This document shows, piece by piece, positions 20,835-29,255 of a DNA stretch of 64,000 nucleotides; within the stretch, counting starts at the first letter, position 1, and every line of letters begins with the position of its first letter. Both the position numbers and the translations under genes were made by a program. The notes beneath the pieces are model-generated. The model worked only from the letters and a program-made list of their open reading frames with translations, was not told the DNA's origin and did not search any database. This stretch comes from an uncultured Actinomycetota bacterium (lineage in GTDB: Bacteria > Actinomycetota > Actinomycetes > Propionibacteriales > Nocardioidaceae), in contig CAWFBY010000009.1 in assembly GCA_963814245.1 (NCBI GenBank), forward strand, positions 13,636 through 77,635. The letters are read 5' to 3'.

Positions 20835-23168
20835 ATGTCTCACCACGTCGAGCAAACCATCGCGGACGCCACCTGGCCGTCGGTCGATCTGTGCGGCGTC
20901 ACGGAGCTGCGCGTGCACGGGGTGGGCGGCACACCGCCGTCGGAGATGCTGGGCACGCTCACTCCGGTCCAGGTGTCGGGGGATCGCACGGCGGGCTGCT
21001 GGCGGGCGCCAGACGAGGTGGATGAGTCGGGCGTACGACGCCACATCGAGGCCTATGCGTGGGGTGGGCTCACCGCGCGCAGCGCCACCAGTGCGCTGTG
21101 GCTGTTGGCGCTGCCGTTCGCCCTGGTGAACCTGGCTGGCTGGATGGCGCCGGTGCGCGGTAGCCGGGTCTATGACGCGATCGTGCGGATCGCTGGGTTG
21201 GCAGTGACGGGGCTCTACGTGGCGTTCGCGTGCGCGGTGAGCATGGACTTTGCCGCCTATCAATGCGCCGGCGCCGACCAGTGGGGTGTCTCGTGCGCCA
21301 CCACGAAGTGGTGGCCGATCGGGGTGGGTTGGCCCGCGCACGATCCGGCGCGACGCGTGTTGGTCGGTGCCGTGGTTCCGCTGGCGCTGATCGGCGTCTT
21401 GTGGTGGGCGACCCGATGCAGCCGTCGCGCTTTCGAGGAGTACGACGACGGTCGGGCGGGCTCCGAGCGCTGGCTCAATCGACACGCGAACAGCGGCTTG
21501 GAGCATCCCGGCTTCTGGAACGGCGAGGGCTATGCGGCCCGATTGGCCGAAGTTCACCTCGCCGTCGGCTTCGCGATCGTGGCGTTCCTGATCGCGAGCA
21601 CCAACCGGGTGCACACCTATTCGGCCGTTGCCTCGTTCACGATGATCTGCGCCGTTGCCATGATCTTGGGCGGCCTGGTCCTAGCCGCCTACAGTCCGCT
21701 GCGCCGACGATTGCCGCCCTGGGTTGCGGTGGGGCTGGGTTTGGCACTGGTGGCCGTGGCGGCGCTCGAAGCGTGGTTTGCTCGGCCCCGGCCGGTCGCG
21801 GAGATGCCGCGATTCCTGCCGGGGTCGGTGCAGATATTCAACATCTTCATCGGCTTGCTGGTGCCGTGTGCGGTGGGTCTGTTCGTCGCCGGTCTGTGGC
21901 TCGGCCGGAGCGTGCCGGCCGCGAGTAGGGCGCAGCGGTGGCGCTGGGCCGCGACCCCCGCGGCCACCATCACGGTGGCCAACATGGTCAGCCTCACGGT
22001 CCTCGCGGGCTTCGAGCTGTGGGTGGCCCGGCGCCTCGGGGAAGCCCGCGGCTATCGCGCGGACGCGGCGCAACCCCCGGCCATCGAATATGCCCAATCG
22101 TTCGAGGTGCTCGCGCGCGGAGTCGTCGCCGCCTTTGTCTTGGTGACGCTCACCGCGGTGAGCGCCTGGCTGACCAGGGGACGTCGTCAGCAGCGCGAAG
22201 GCCTGGCCCGCGCCCGTGTCGCCTGGGACGCGGCTGAGGCGCCCCCGGGTTGGGATGACGCGCGCACCTCACCCCAGTGGTTGCGCAAGGTCGCGCGCAG
22301 TTATCGGTGCCCCCAAGCGAGCCTGTCGGCCGCCGAATGGGCCGTTTGGGTCAGCGCGACTGCCGCCATCTTCGGGGCGGGGTGGTATTCCGTCCGCTGG
22401 GTCCAAGAGATGAACCGCACCCACTGGCGCGAGCCGCACATCGAAGTCGACGTCGGCTGGGTCACCCACATCCCCCTGGGGTTGTGCACATGGTTCCTGA
22501 CGACGGTTCCGCTCGCGGCGGTGTTCGTGTTGCGGCGGGCGATCACCAGCTCCTCGACGCGTCGTACGGTGGCGATCGCTTGGGATGTCGCCACCTTCTG
22601 GCCCCGCTCCTACCACCCCCTCGCGCCGCCGTCGTACGCCGAACGCGCCGTTCCCGAGCTCCAGGCGCGGCTCAAGCGGCTATGGGACGGCGACGGCAAA
22701 CGGTGTGGCTCGGTGCTGCTCCTGGGTCACAGCCAGGGGTCCGTGTTGGTGGCGGCGGCTCTCGCTTCGCTGCCGGACGACGACGAAGAGCCGCTGGTCG
22801 AGCGGCTCGGCGTGGTGACTTATGGCAGTCCGATCCGCCGGCTCTATGCGCGGCACTTCCCGGCGTACTTCTCCCCGGAGCTGTTGACCCGCATCCTGGG
22901 GCGGCTGCAACGCAAGGGCAGCGACGAGTTGGCCTGGATGAACTGTTATCGCGACAGCGATTATGTGGGACACCGATTGACCGCTGAGGATGATCGGCTA
23001 GCGGGCGTGGATCGCTATTTCGTGGACCCGCCGCATCCCTTCTCGCCGCCTTCCGAACCCGCGCCACCCCCGAGGTCACATGCGGAGCTCGGCTATCGCG
23101 GCCAAGCCCTGTTCTCGAGAAGGGTGACGGCCGAGGCTCTGCGCCTCCAGCCACGCCTCCCCGGATAG
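20835..23168 (+). CDS. Polytopic membrane protein with alpha/beta-hydrolase motifs
   Basis: N-terminal ELRVHGVGG, about 10 or more TM helices, C-terminal LLGHSQGSV nucleophile elbow, YRDSDYVG, RSHAELGY. Confidence 0.8.
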   Translation: MSHHVEQTIADATWPSVDLCGVTELRVHGVGGTPPSEMLGTLTPVQVSGDRTAGCWRAPDEVDESGVRRHIEAYAWGGLTARSATSALWLLALPFALVNLAGWMAPVRGSRVYDAIVRIAGLAVTGLYVAFACAVSMDFAAYQCAGADQWGVSCATTKWWPIGVGWPAHDPARRVLVGAVVPLALIGVLWWATRCSRRAFEEYDDGRAGSERWLNRHANSGLEHPGFWNGEGYAARLAEVHLAVGFAIVAFLIASTNRVHTYSAVASFTMICAVAMILGGLVLAAYSPLRRRLPPWVAVGLGLALVAVAALEAWFARPRPVAEMPRFLPGSVQIFNIFIGLLVPCAVGLFVAGLWLGRSVPAASRAQRWRWAATPAATITVANMVSLTVLAGFELWVARRLGEARGYRADAAQPPAIEYAQSFEVLARGVVAAFVLVTLTAVSAWLTRGRRQQREGLARARVAWDAAEAPPGWDDARTSPQWLRKVARSYRCPQASLSAAEWAVWVSATAAIFGAGWYSVRWVQEMNRTHWREPHIEVDVGWVTHIPLGLCTWFLTTVPLAAVFVLRRAITSSSTRRTVAIAWDVATFWPRSYHPLAPPSYAERAVPELQARLKRLWDGDGKRCGSVLLLGHSQGSVLVAAALASLPDDDEEPLVERLGVVTYGSPIRRLYARHFPAYFSPELLTRILGRLQRKGSDELAWMNCYRDSDYVGHRLTAEDDRLAGVDRYFVDPPHPFSPPSEPAPPPRSHAELGYRGQALFSRRVTAEALRLQPRLPG

Positions 23169-23183
23169 GTCCGGCCCCACGGA

Positions 23184-23834
23184 CTATCCTGCGGGGGCTA
23201 CAGCGAGGAGGACGCCGAGAGCCATCAATCCCTGGCCCACGTGATAGGTCACCATGATCGCGACGCGAGCCGCCGGGAGCGGGGAGACGAAGCGGTTGAC
23301 CGCCAGGATCGAATCGCTGGCCACAAACACGGTCGCCCCGAGGGCGATCAGCGGCACCCCGACTCCCCACGCCACCACCGTCATGGCGGCAATGGCGAGC
23401 ATGTAGGTCGCCACGGGCGCCGACAACGCCAGTCCGGCGCTGCGCTGGGTTGCGGGCAGCACCCGCCGGGCAAATCCAAAGGCGGCGAGCACGATGGCTA
23501 CGCCGATCCACCCCCAGTCCGAGGATTGCCAGCCCAGGGTCAGGAAGCAGAGCAAGTAGGCCAGATGTCCGACCAAGAAGGCGGCCAGCCCGCCCTGGAA
23601 GCGGGCCGTGGATTCCCCCAGCAAGGCCACGTCGCCGAGCAGACCGAACGCCAGGGCCGTGACCAGCCACAGGCCGGCGGTCTCGTGGTGCGCGCCGGCC
23701 GACAACACGGCCAGGATGAGCAGCATCAGGGTCGCGGGCTTGGCCCACCTTTCGAGGGTGCGCCTGCCGGTGGCGACGGCCCACCAATCCAGCACGCCGA
23801 CTACGCAGGTCGCGAACCAAAGCGCTGAGGTCAC
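23184..23834 (-). CDS. Lysoplasmalogenase (YhhN/TMEM86 family)
   Basis: WAKPATL, FGLLGDVALL, GLAAFLVGHLAY, GATVFVASDSILA, MVTYHVGQ; GTG at 23834 preceded by CATGCT-n6. Confidence 0.88.
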   Translation of the reverse strand: MTSALWFATCVVGVLDWWAVATGRRTLERWAKPATLMLLILAVLSAGAHHETAGLWLVTALAFGLLGDVALLGESTARFQGGLAAFLVGHLAYLLCFLTLGWQSSDWGWIGVAIVLAAFGFARRVLPATQRSAGLALSAPVATYMLAIAAMTVVAWGVGVPLIALGATVFVASDSILAVNRFVSPLPAARVAIMVTYHVGQGLMALGVLLAVAPAG

Positions 23835-24380
23835 CGCGGAAGCATGACACGATCGCCGACGCGCTCGGCCGTGCCGGCGTCGAGGTGAGCCGTCGGCTCG
23901 TCCAAGACCAACACTGGAGGCCACGCCAACAGGACCCGAGCGATGCCCAGCCGGGCCCGCTCCGCAACAGCGTGACGTTCTCGACAATCGTCGAGGAGAA
24001 CAGGTGCGGATCGCGCGGTGTCGGCGAGGGCCACCAGCCGATGCGGAGGGTCCGCTCAGCGCGGTCGGGCCTGGCGCGGGGATGACCGCCGAAAGGTTCG
24101 CGACGACCGGCCGCCCGGCTGCGGCGTACGACAAGGGACGCGGTCCAAAGTCAGAGCTGACCCGCCCGAAACTGATCCCTCACCAAGTGTCAGCTTCGGG
24201 CGGGTCGTCAGATCCGCGGCGTGGTCAAGGACCGCGGATCCCTCTGCTGCGGCGTGGAACTCAGCGCCCACTCGCCGAAACGGCCAGTACGCCTCGGGTG
24301 CCAACACCAAGACAACCAAACCGGTCCAAAAATCGAGGCTTCGGCCGCCAGTCGAACGTGGCCACCGAGGGCTCGACCGG
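23831..24380 (-). pseudogene. Deleted relic of cydD/cydC thiol-reductant ABC exporter genes
   Basis: Minus-strand fragments in shifting frames: SLDFWTGLVVLVLAPEAYWPFRRVGAEFHAAAEG (CydD TM end), SYAAAGRPVVANLSAVIPAPGPTALSGPS (start of an NBD), DPHLFSSTIVENV, ERARLGIARVLLAWPPVLVLDEPTAHLD (NBD signature and Walker B). About 550 bp remain of several kb. Confidence 0.75.
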
Positions 24381-24384
24381 TGTC

Positions 24385-24424
24385 TACTACACAGCGTAGT
24401 GAACACCTACTATCCGGTGTAGTA
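24385..24424. promoter_or_regulatory. Two palindromic operators, probably bound by the adjacent BlaI-family repressor
   Basis: TACTAC-acagc-GTAGT (24385-24400) and TACTAT-ccggt-GTAGTA (24408-24424), 23 bp apart, upstream of the regulator's TACTCT-n6-GTG start. Confidence 0.65.
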
Positions 24425-24454
24425 ATAGTCGAGGGGGCGGATTACTCTGGTGGA

Positions 24455-24838
24455 GTGCCTAACACAGCCAAGCCTCACCTCGGCGAACTTGAGCGCGCCG
24501 TGATGGATGTTTTGTGGGCAAGTGCCGCCAATGGCTCGGTCACGGTGAGGGAGGTCCACCAGGCGCTCGCCAAGTCCCGAGACATTGCCTACACCACGGT
24601 CATGACCGTGCTGGATCGTCTCGCCCGCAAGGAGTTGGTGACCCAGGAGCGGGCCGGTCGCGCGTTCCTCTATCGGGCCAGGGCCACGCGCGCCGAACTT
24701 ACCGCCGAGTTGATGCACGAAGCGCTGGACGACTTCACGACCGATGATCGTGGCCAGGCGCTCGTGGCGTTTGTTGGTGAGGCAAGCCAGGCGGACCTTG
24801 ATGCCCTGCGTCGCGCGCTGGCCGAGCTCGAAGAATGA
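24455..24838 (+). CDS. BlaI/MecI/CopY family repressor
   Basis: LGELERAVMDVLW...VTVREV...IAYTTVMTVLDRLARKELV...RAFLY. Confidence 0.93.
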   Translation: MPNTAKPHLGELERAVMDVLWASAANGSVTVREVHQALAKSRDIAYTTVMTVLDRLARKELVTQERAGRAFLYRARATRAELTAELMHEALDDFTTDDRGQALVAFVGEASQADLDALRRALAELEE

Positions 24839-24839
24839 C

Positions 24840-25721
24840 GTGACCCCACTGATCTTGGGGACCTTGGCCCTGATGTTGGCGGGGCCGGTTCCAGCCCTTC
24901 TTGCGCGAGTCCCGCGGCTTCGTCGTACGCCCGCCAGCGCCGTGGTGTTGTGGCAGTCGGTGAGTCTGGCGGCGATCTTGGCCGCGCTCGGGGCCGGCGT
25001 CTCGCTCGGCACCGACCGGGCGTGGCGGGGGTCTGGGGCGGGTGAGCCCGGCCCGAGTTCGTACGCCGTCGCCGTGGCCGCGCTGGTGATCACCGCGCTC
25101 GTCGTCGCACGCCTGCTGCTCAGTGGGCATCGAGTCGGAAAAGAGATGCGAACCATTCGGGCCGCTCATCTCGCCCGCGTCGACCTGGTAGCCCAGCGGA
25201 CCATCGGCGGGGTTCGGGTGCTCGATCATCCCGTGCCGATCGCGTATTGCCTGCCGGGGATGCACCAATCGCGCATGGTGATGTCTTCGGGAGCACTGGC
25301 CCGGCTGCCGCAGGATCAGCTGGGTGCCATCGTGGAGCACGAGCGAGCCCACCTCCGGGCCCGACATGACCTGGTCCTTGAGGCCTTTACGGTGTTGGCC
25401 AGGGCTTTTCCGCGGGTGGTGTCGAGCCGGGCTGCCCTGGCCGAAGTCTCGCTGCTGATCGAGATCCTGGCCGACCGTGCGGCTGCTCGCTCCCACGGCC
25501 CGGTGGCACTCGGCCGCGCCCTCCTGAGCATGGCCGAGGCGCGAGCGCCGCGGGGGGCGCTCGGCGTAGGCGAGACAGGACTCACCGCTCGAGTGCACCT
25601 GCTGGCGCAGACCGGCACCCACCGGGTTCAGGGCGCCGCGGTGGTCACCGGTTGCGTCGCCGTACTCCTAGTCCCCACGGTCTTCGTGGTGCTGCCGTGG
25701 TGGCACGGCCTGCTGGGCTGA
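24840..25721 (+). CDS. M56 family (BlaR1-like) membrane metallopeptidase
   Basis: TM helices, AYCLPG, IVEHERAHLRARHDL, EILADRAA; directly follows the BlaI gene. Confidence 0.92.
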   Translation: MTPLILGTLALMLAGPVPALLARVPRLRRTPASAVVLWQSVSLAAILAALGAGVSLGTDRAWRGSGAGEPGPSSYAVAVAALVITALVVARLLLSGHRVGKEMRTIRAAHLARVDLVAQRTIGGVRVLDHPVPIAYCLPGMHQSRMVMSSGALARLPQDQLGAIVEHERAHLRARHDLVLEAFTVLARAFPRVVSSRAALAEVSLLIEILADRAAARSHGPVALGRALLSMAEARAPRGALGVGETGLTARVHLLAQTGTHRVQGAAVVTGCVAVLLVPTVFVVLPWWHGLLG

Positions 25722-25740
25722 GGCGTCACCGCCACAGCCG

Positions 25741-25828
25741 GGTGAAACTGCGACGGGTCGGTGGTGAAACTGCGACGGGTCGGTGGTGAAACTGCGACGG
25801 GTCGGGGGTGAAACTGCGACGGGTCGGC
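25741..25828. repeat. Tandem repeat, 4 x 22 bp (GGTGAAACTGCGACGGGTCGGt)
   Basis: Units start at 25741, 25763, 25785 and 25807 and differ only at the last base; intergenic between convergent genes. Confidence 0.95.
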
Positions 25829-25839
25829 GAAATGCGGAC

Positions 25840-25863
25840 GGGCCCCCGCTTGCGCGAGGGCCC
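25840..25863 (-). terminator. Hairpin terminator of the M4 protease gene
   Basis: Minus strand GGGCCCTCGC-GCAA-GCGGGGGCCC: 10 bp stem (one G-U) with a GNRA loop, 37 nt after the stop. Confidence 0.7.
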
Positions 25864-25899
25864 GCCACTATCCTTCCGGAGTTCTGCTCACCCGGGCGG

Positions 25900-28800
25900 T
25901 CAGCGCACCACCTTTGCCATGATGACGGTCCGCTGCTCGGCGAAGACCGGGGTGCCGACATAGGACACCGCCACTTCGTTCGAACCCACAGGGAACCGCT
26001 TGGGCAGGGTCAAGATGGCGCGCCCATCGACGAGTGCTGCCGTGTCGATGATCGCGCCCCCCGGACGACGGATCGTGACCTTGCCGGTCACCGCCGTGCC
26101 AAAGGTGCCGTCCCGGTCGACCTGGACCACAAGGTTCGAGGTCTTGCCGAAGGTCGACGGATTGGGCCGGTGGCTCGCCGTCAACTTCACCTTGATCTTG
26201 CAGGTGACCACGGTGATGTTGTCGACGTACCAGCCGTCGAGTCCACCGCAGCCGTCGCGACCCATGTCGAAGCGGAACTGCAAGGTGTCACCGGGGGCTG
26301 CCCCGACCTTGGTCAAGTCGACCAAGGAGGTGCCCCACGAACCAGTCACCAGACCGCCGTCGGTGCCGGTGAAGCCATCGGCGCCAGCAAGCGGGTTGGA
26401 GTTGCCCTGAGCCACGGTGGCCAAGGTGCCGGGGGCGTTGAACGTGTAGGCAGCCTTGGGTACGACGACGAAGTCGCCGCCGTTGATGCTGACCTGCACG
26501 GTGCCTCCGTCGAAGCCCGACTCGGTCGCCACGTAGTGAGCGAACGACAACCGCGGCGACTTGAGCGCGGCATTGGGCAACTGAACCAGCGGACTCACGA
26601 TGGAATCCCGAGACGAGATGTCGGTGGCAGCGCCAGAGCAATCACCTTCGTCGGGTCCGGGACCGTAAGCCACGCCGCCGGCACGCCCGCCAGGAGCGGT
26701 CGTGCTGGCTTCCCAGGGAAGACCAGTGGCGCCCTCAAAGACCACCTCTTGATCGGTGGTCCAGCCAGCGAGGCCGTCCTCGAAGTCTTCCTTCCACACC
26801 ACGTTGGCCTTGAACCCGGCGCCACAGGTGGCGGGCGTGTCCTTGTCGAGCAACTCCTGGAAGTTGCACTGCACCGGCTCGGTGCGCAACTCGACCGCGG
26901 CGGTCATAGTGTTGACCTGTGCGCAGTCGCCGGCGGTGATCGGAGCTGCTGCCACGGGTGTGCCGTCGGCGGCAGTGCTGACCTTGTTGATCGGCAGCCC
27001 GACCAGATCGGTGCACGACGATGCCAACGAGTCGGCGTGATCGGTGAAATCGGTCGTCGGCGTTTGGTAGGCCGTCATCGCGCGGTAGTAGATGTTGGCT
27101 GCCTTGTCCAAACCGATGCCGGTCACGGTCTGACCGTTGAAGGTGCCGCCGTCCACGAGCAGGCTGTAGCCGTGGTTGGGGACACCGGAGTTGCTGTGCA
27201 CCCCGCCGCTGTCGTCGAGCGCACAGTAGTACTGCGCGTCCGAGACCTTCCCCGGGTCGCCGTAACACGTGGGTGACCACATGTCGCGAATCGCTCCAGA
27301 GAAGCCGGTCGCATCCTCACCCATGAGCCAGCGGTAGGAATCGACCCGGTCGCCGGCAGCGTCCTTCATGGTGACGTTGACGGGCTCGGTGGGCAACTTG
27401 GACTTGATCAGATCGCCATCGGACTTGCGGATCCGCACCGAGGGGATGGTGATCGTCGGGTCAGCGCCGCCCAGAGGACCGGGCGTGGCTTCGACGTTGT
27501 CGGCGACCAGAACGGCGACGGCGCCGGCGTTCTGGGCGTTCTTGACCTTGACCACAAACCCACACACGCCGCGATCGACGAGTGCGATCTTGCCGCTCAG
27601 TGCGGCGCCATTGGTCAACGGCGTGCAGGCGTTGCTGGCGCTGCCGTCGGCCGGGTTGTCATCGACGGCGAGCACGACATCGGCGGTGATCCCGGTCCCG
27701 CTGAGTTGCGGACCGAACGAGGCGGCCCCCGCTTCGCAGGTCTTGGCGATCGTGGCCGGCGAGTTGATCAGCACCGTGGGGGTGGCGGGGGAGTGGACCG
27801 AGCATTGGCCCGCCGGGCGTGCGGCGGTGATGTCGCCTTCTTCCTCGTCAGCCTTGCCGTTGATCAGGTCGATGGTCTCGCCCCAGATGTCGGAGTACGA
27901 CTCGTTGAGGGCGCCCGGCTGCCACTGGTAGATCAGGTTGTCGGTGTATTCGGTGTAGGCGTGACCCCATTCGTGGGCGACGACATCATCGGTGGCGGTG
28001 CCGTCGCAGTAGTTGGTGGTGATGCCGTTCCAGTTGGCGTTGGGGCAGTTGATCCGGCCGTCGTTGTTGACGGTCGTCATGGAGTGTCCGGCGCCGTCAT
28101 AGGAGTCACGGCCGAAGGTGTTCTTGAAGAACCAGTAGGAATCCCCGGTGAAGTCGACCTCGTTGGCCTGCCACTCCGAGAGCTCTCCGGGGAAGGCGTC
28201 GCCCTCGGCCCAGACCTCGACGAAGGTCGACGGATCAGCGGAATCGGCGGCCTCAAGCAGGTGACGTTCGAGGGCATTGTGCACTAGCGAATAGCGGTTG
28301 ATCACCTTGTCGGTGTTGGCGTTGACAAACACCATGTCGCGGATGTTCGCGTTGTTGGTTACTTCGACGACGTAGGCCAACACGGCCTTGCCGGTCACTC
28401 CGCGGGTGGCACCGAGGCGGTAGATCATCAGCTGGTTGCTGGCCGCCCTCAGGCCATCGGTGTTGACCTCGGTCACTTCGGTGTCGGATTGACCGGTCGG
28501 GTCGTCCTTCACCGCGGCAATCGCCCGGGCCGCCGCATCGGCGGCGGACAGGCGCGGCGTCGTCGAGATGGCCAGCCCGGGGGCGGCGTACCCGTTGACC
28601 GCAGCGAGCTTGCCGTTGGCGTCAACGTTGGCGCGCAGCATGCCGCCGAAAACAGGGACACCCTGATAGCTCTGCTTGAAGGAGATGGTCCACCCATAAC
28701 GCGTCTTGGAGATGTCGGTTTGGGTGAGCTGGGCAGGGGTCGCGCCGAAGGCAGAGGCATATTTCGTGACGTACGCCGTGGCTTTGCCCACCGCGTCGCT

Positions 28801-29046
28801 GCTGGAGTCCCCCTCGCGAGTGGGCATCAGATCCGTGTCGGCGACCGCCCGGATGAAGCCGACTCTGCCGGTGGCTGGCTCGGCGGAAACCGCGACCCGT
28901 CCTCCGGCTTCGTCGCGCATGCGTTGGACCACGCTTCGAGTGTCTGGGGCGATGCGGGCGGGATCTGCCGCGGCCGAGACGAGCGGGGTGATCGAGAGAC
29001 TGGCGCCGACCACCGCCAGACAGATGCCCTGTTTCAGGAGTTTCAC
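25900..29046 (-). CDS. Secreted M4 (thermolysin-like) metalloprotease with PA domain and C-terminal beta-sandwich domains
   Basis: Signal peptide, FTP/PepSY propeptide (FKQSYQGVPVFGG, AYVVEV), NANWNG, VVAHEWGH, GALNESYSD, PA motif GKIALVDRGVCGFVVKVKNAQNAGA, GGVHSNSG. Confidence 0.93.
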   Translation of the reverse strand: MKLLKQGICLAVVGASLSITPLVSAAADPARIAPDTRSVVQRMRDEAGGRVAVSAEPATGRVGFIRAVADTDLMPTREGDSSSDAVGKATAYVTKYASAFGATPAQLTQTDISKTRYGWTISFKQSYQGVPVFGGMLRANVDANGKLAAVNGYAAPGLAISTTPRLSAADAAARAIAAVKDDPTGQSDTEVTEVNTDGLRAASNQLMIYRLGATRGVTGKAVLAYVVEVTNNANIRDMVFVNANTDKVINRYSLVHNALERHLLEAADSADPSTFVEVWAEGDAFPGELSEWQANEVDFTGDSYWFFKNTFGRDSYDGAGHSMTTVNNDGRINCPNANWNGITTNYCDGTATDDVVAHEWGHAYTEYTDNLIYQWQPGALNESYSDIWGETIDLINGKADEEEGDITAARPAGQCSVHSPATPTVLINSPATIAKTCEAGAASFGPQLSGTGITADVVLAVDDNPADGSASNACTPLTNGAALSGKIALVDRGVCGFVVKVKNAQNAGAVAVLVADNVEATPGPLGGADPTITIPSVRIRKSDGDLIKSKLPTEPVNVTMKDAAGDRVDSYRWLMGEDATGFSGAIRDMWSPTCYGDPGKVSDAQYYCALDDSGGVHSNSGVPNHGYSLLVDGGTFNGQTVTGIGLDKAANIYYRAMTAYQTPTTDFTDHADSLASSCTDLVGLPINKVSTAADGTPVAAAPITAGDCAQVNTMTAAVELRTEPVQCNFQELLDKDTPATCGAGFKANVVWKEDFEDGLAGWTTDQEVVFEGATGLPWEASTTAPGGRAGGVAYGPGPDEGDCSGAATDISSRDSIVSPLVQLPNAALKSPRLSFAHYVATESGFDGGTVQVSINGGDFVVVPKAAYTFNAPGTLATVAQGNSNPLAGADGFTGTDGGLVTGSWGTSLVDLTKVGAAPGDTLQFRFDMGRDGCGGLDGWYVDNITVVTCKIKVKLTASHRPNPSTFGKTSNLVVQVDRDGTFGTAVTGKVTIRRPGGAIIDTAALVDGRAILTLPKRFPVGSNEVAVSYVGTPVFAEQRTVIMAKVVR

Positions 29047-29255
29047 GAGTTGCCTCCATGGATGTGTTTGTGCCGACCCGGGGTTGTGGGTCGTACCTCA
29101 GCACCCTATGAACATCTCCTTTACATATCTACGCCTGGTGGAGAGTTTTCGGTGCAACCAGGCTGTTTAGGCGGTCTTTCGCGTGAGAATGGTTCGATTC
29201 GCGACACGCTCGTGTGAAGCGTGATGCTGGTGTGACTATCGCCTAGGGTCGCAAC

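Noticed and set aside
24320-25721. Beta-lactam resistance locus
   Set aside because: No beta-lactamase gene is nearby, and the M56 protein lacks a penicillin-binding sensor domain.
25741-25828. CRISPR array
   Set aside because: The units are directly adjacent with no unique spacers, and no cas genes are present; the same applies to 55181-55257.
29047-29255. Riboswitch or ncRNA upstream of the M4 protease gene
   Set aside because: Only a short inverted repeat (GCCTGGT-n17-ACCAGGC) is present; I recognised no conserved aptamer motif.
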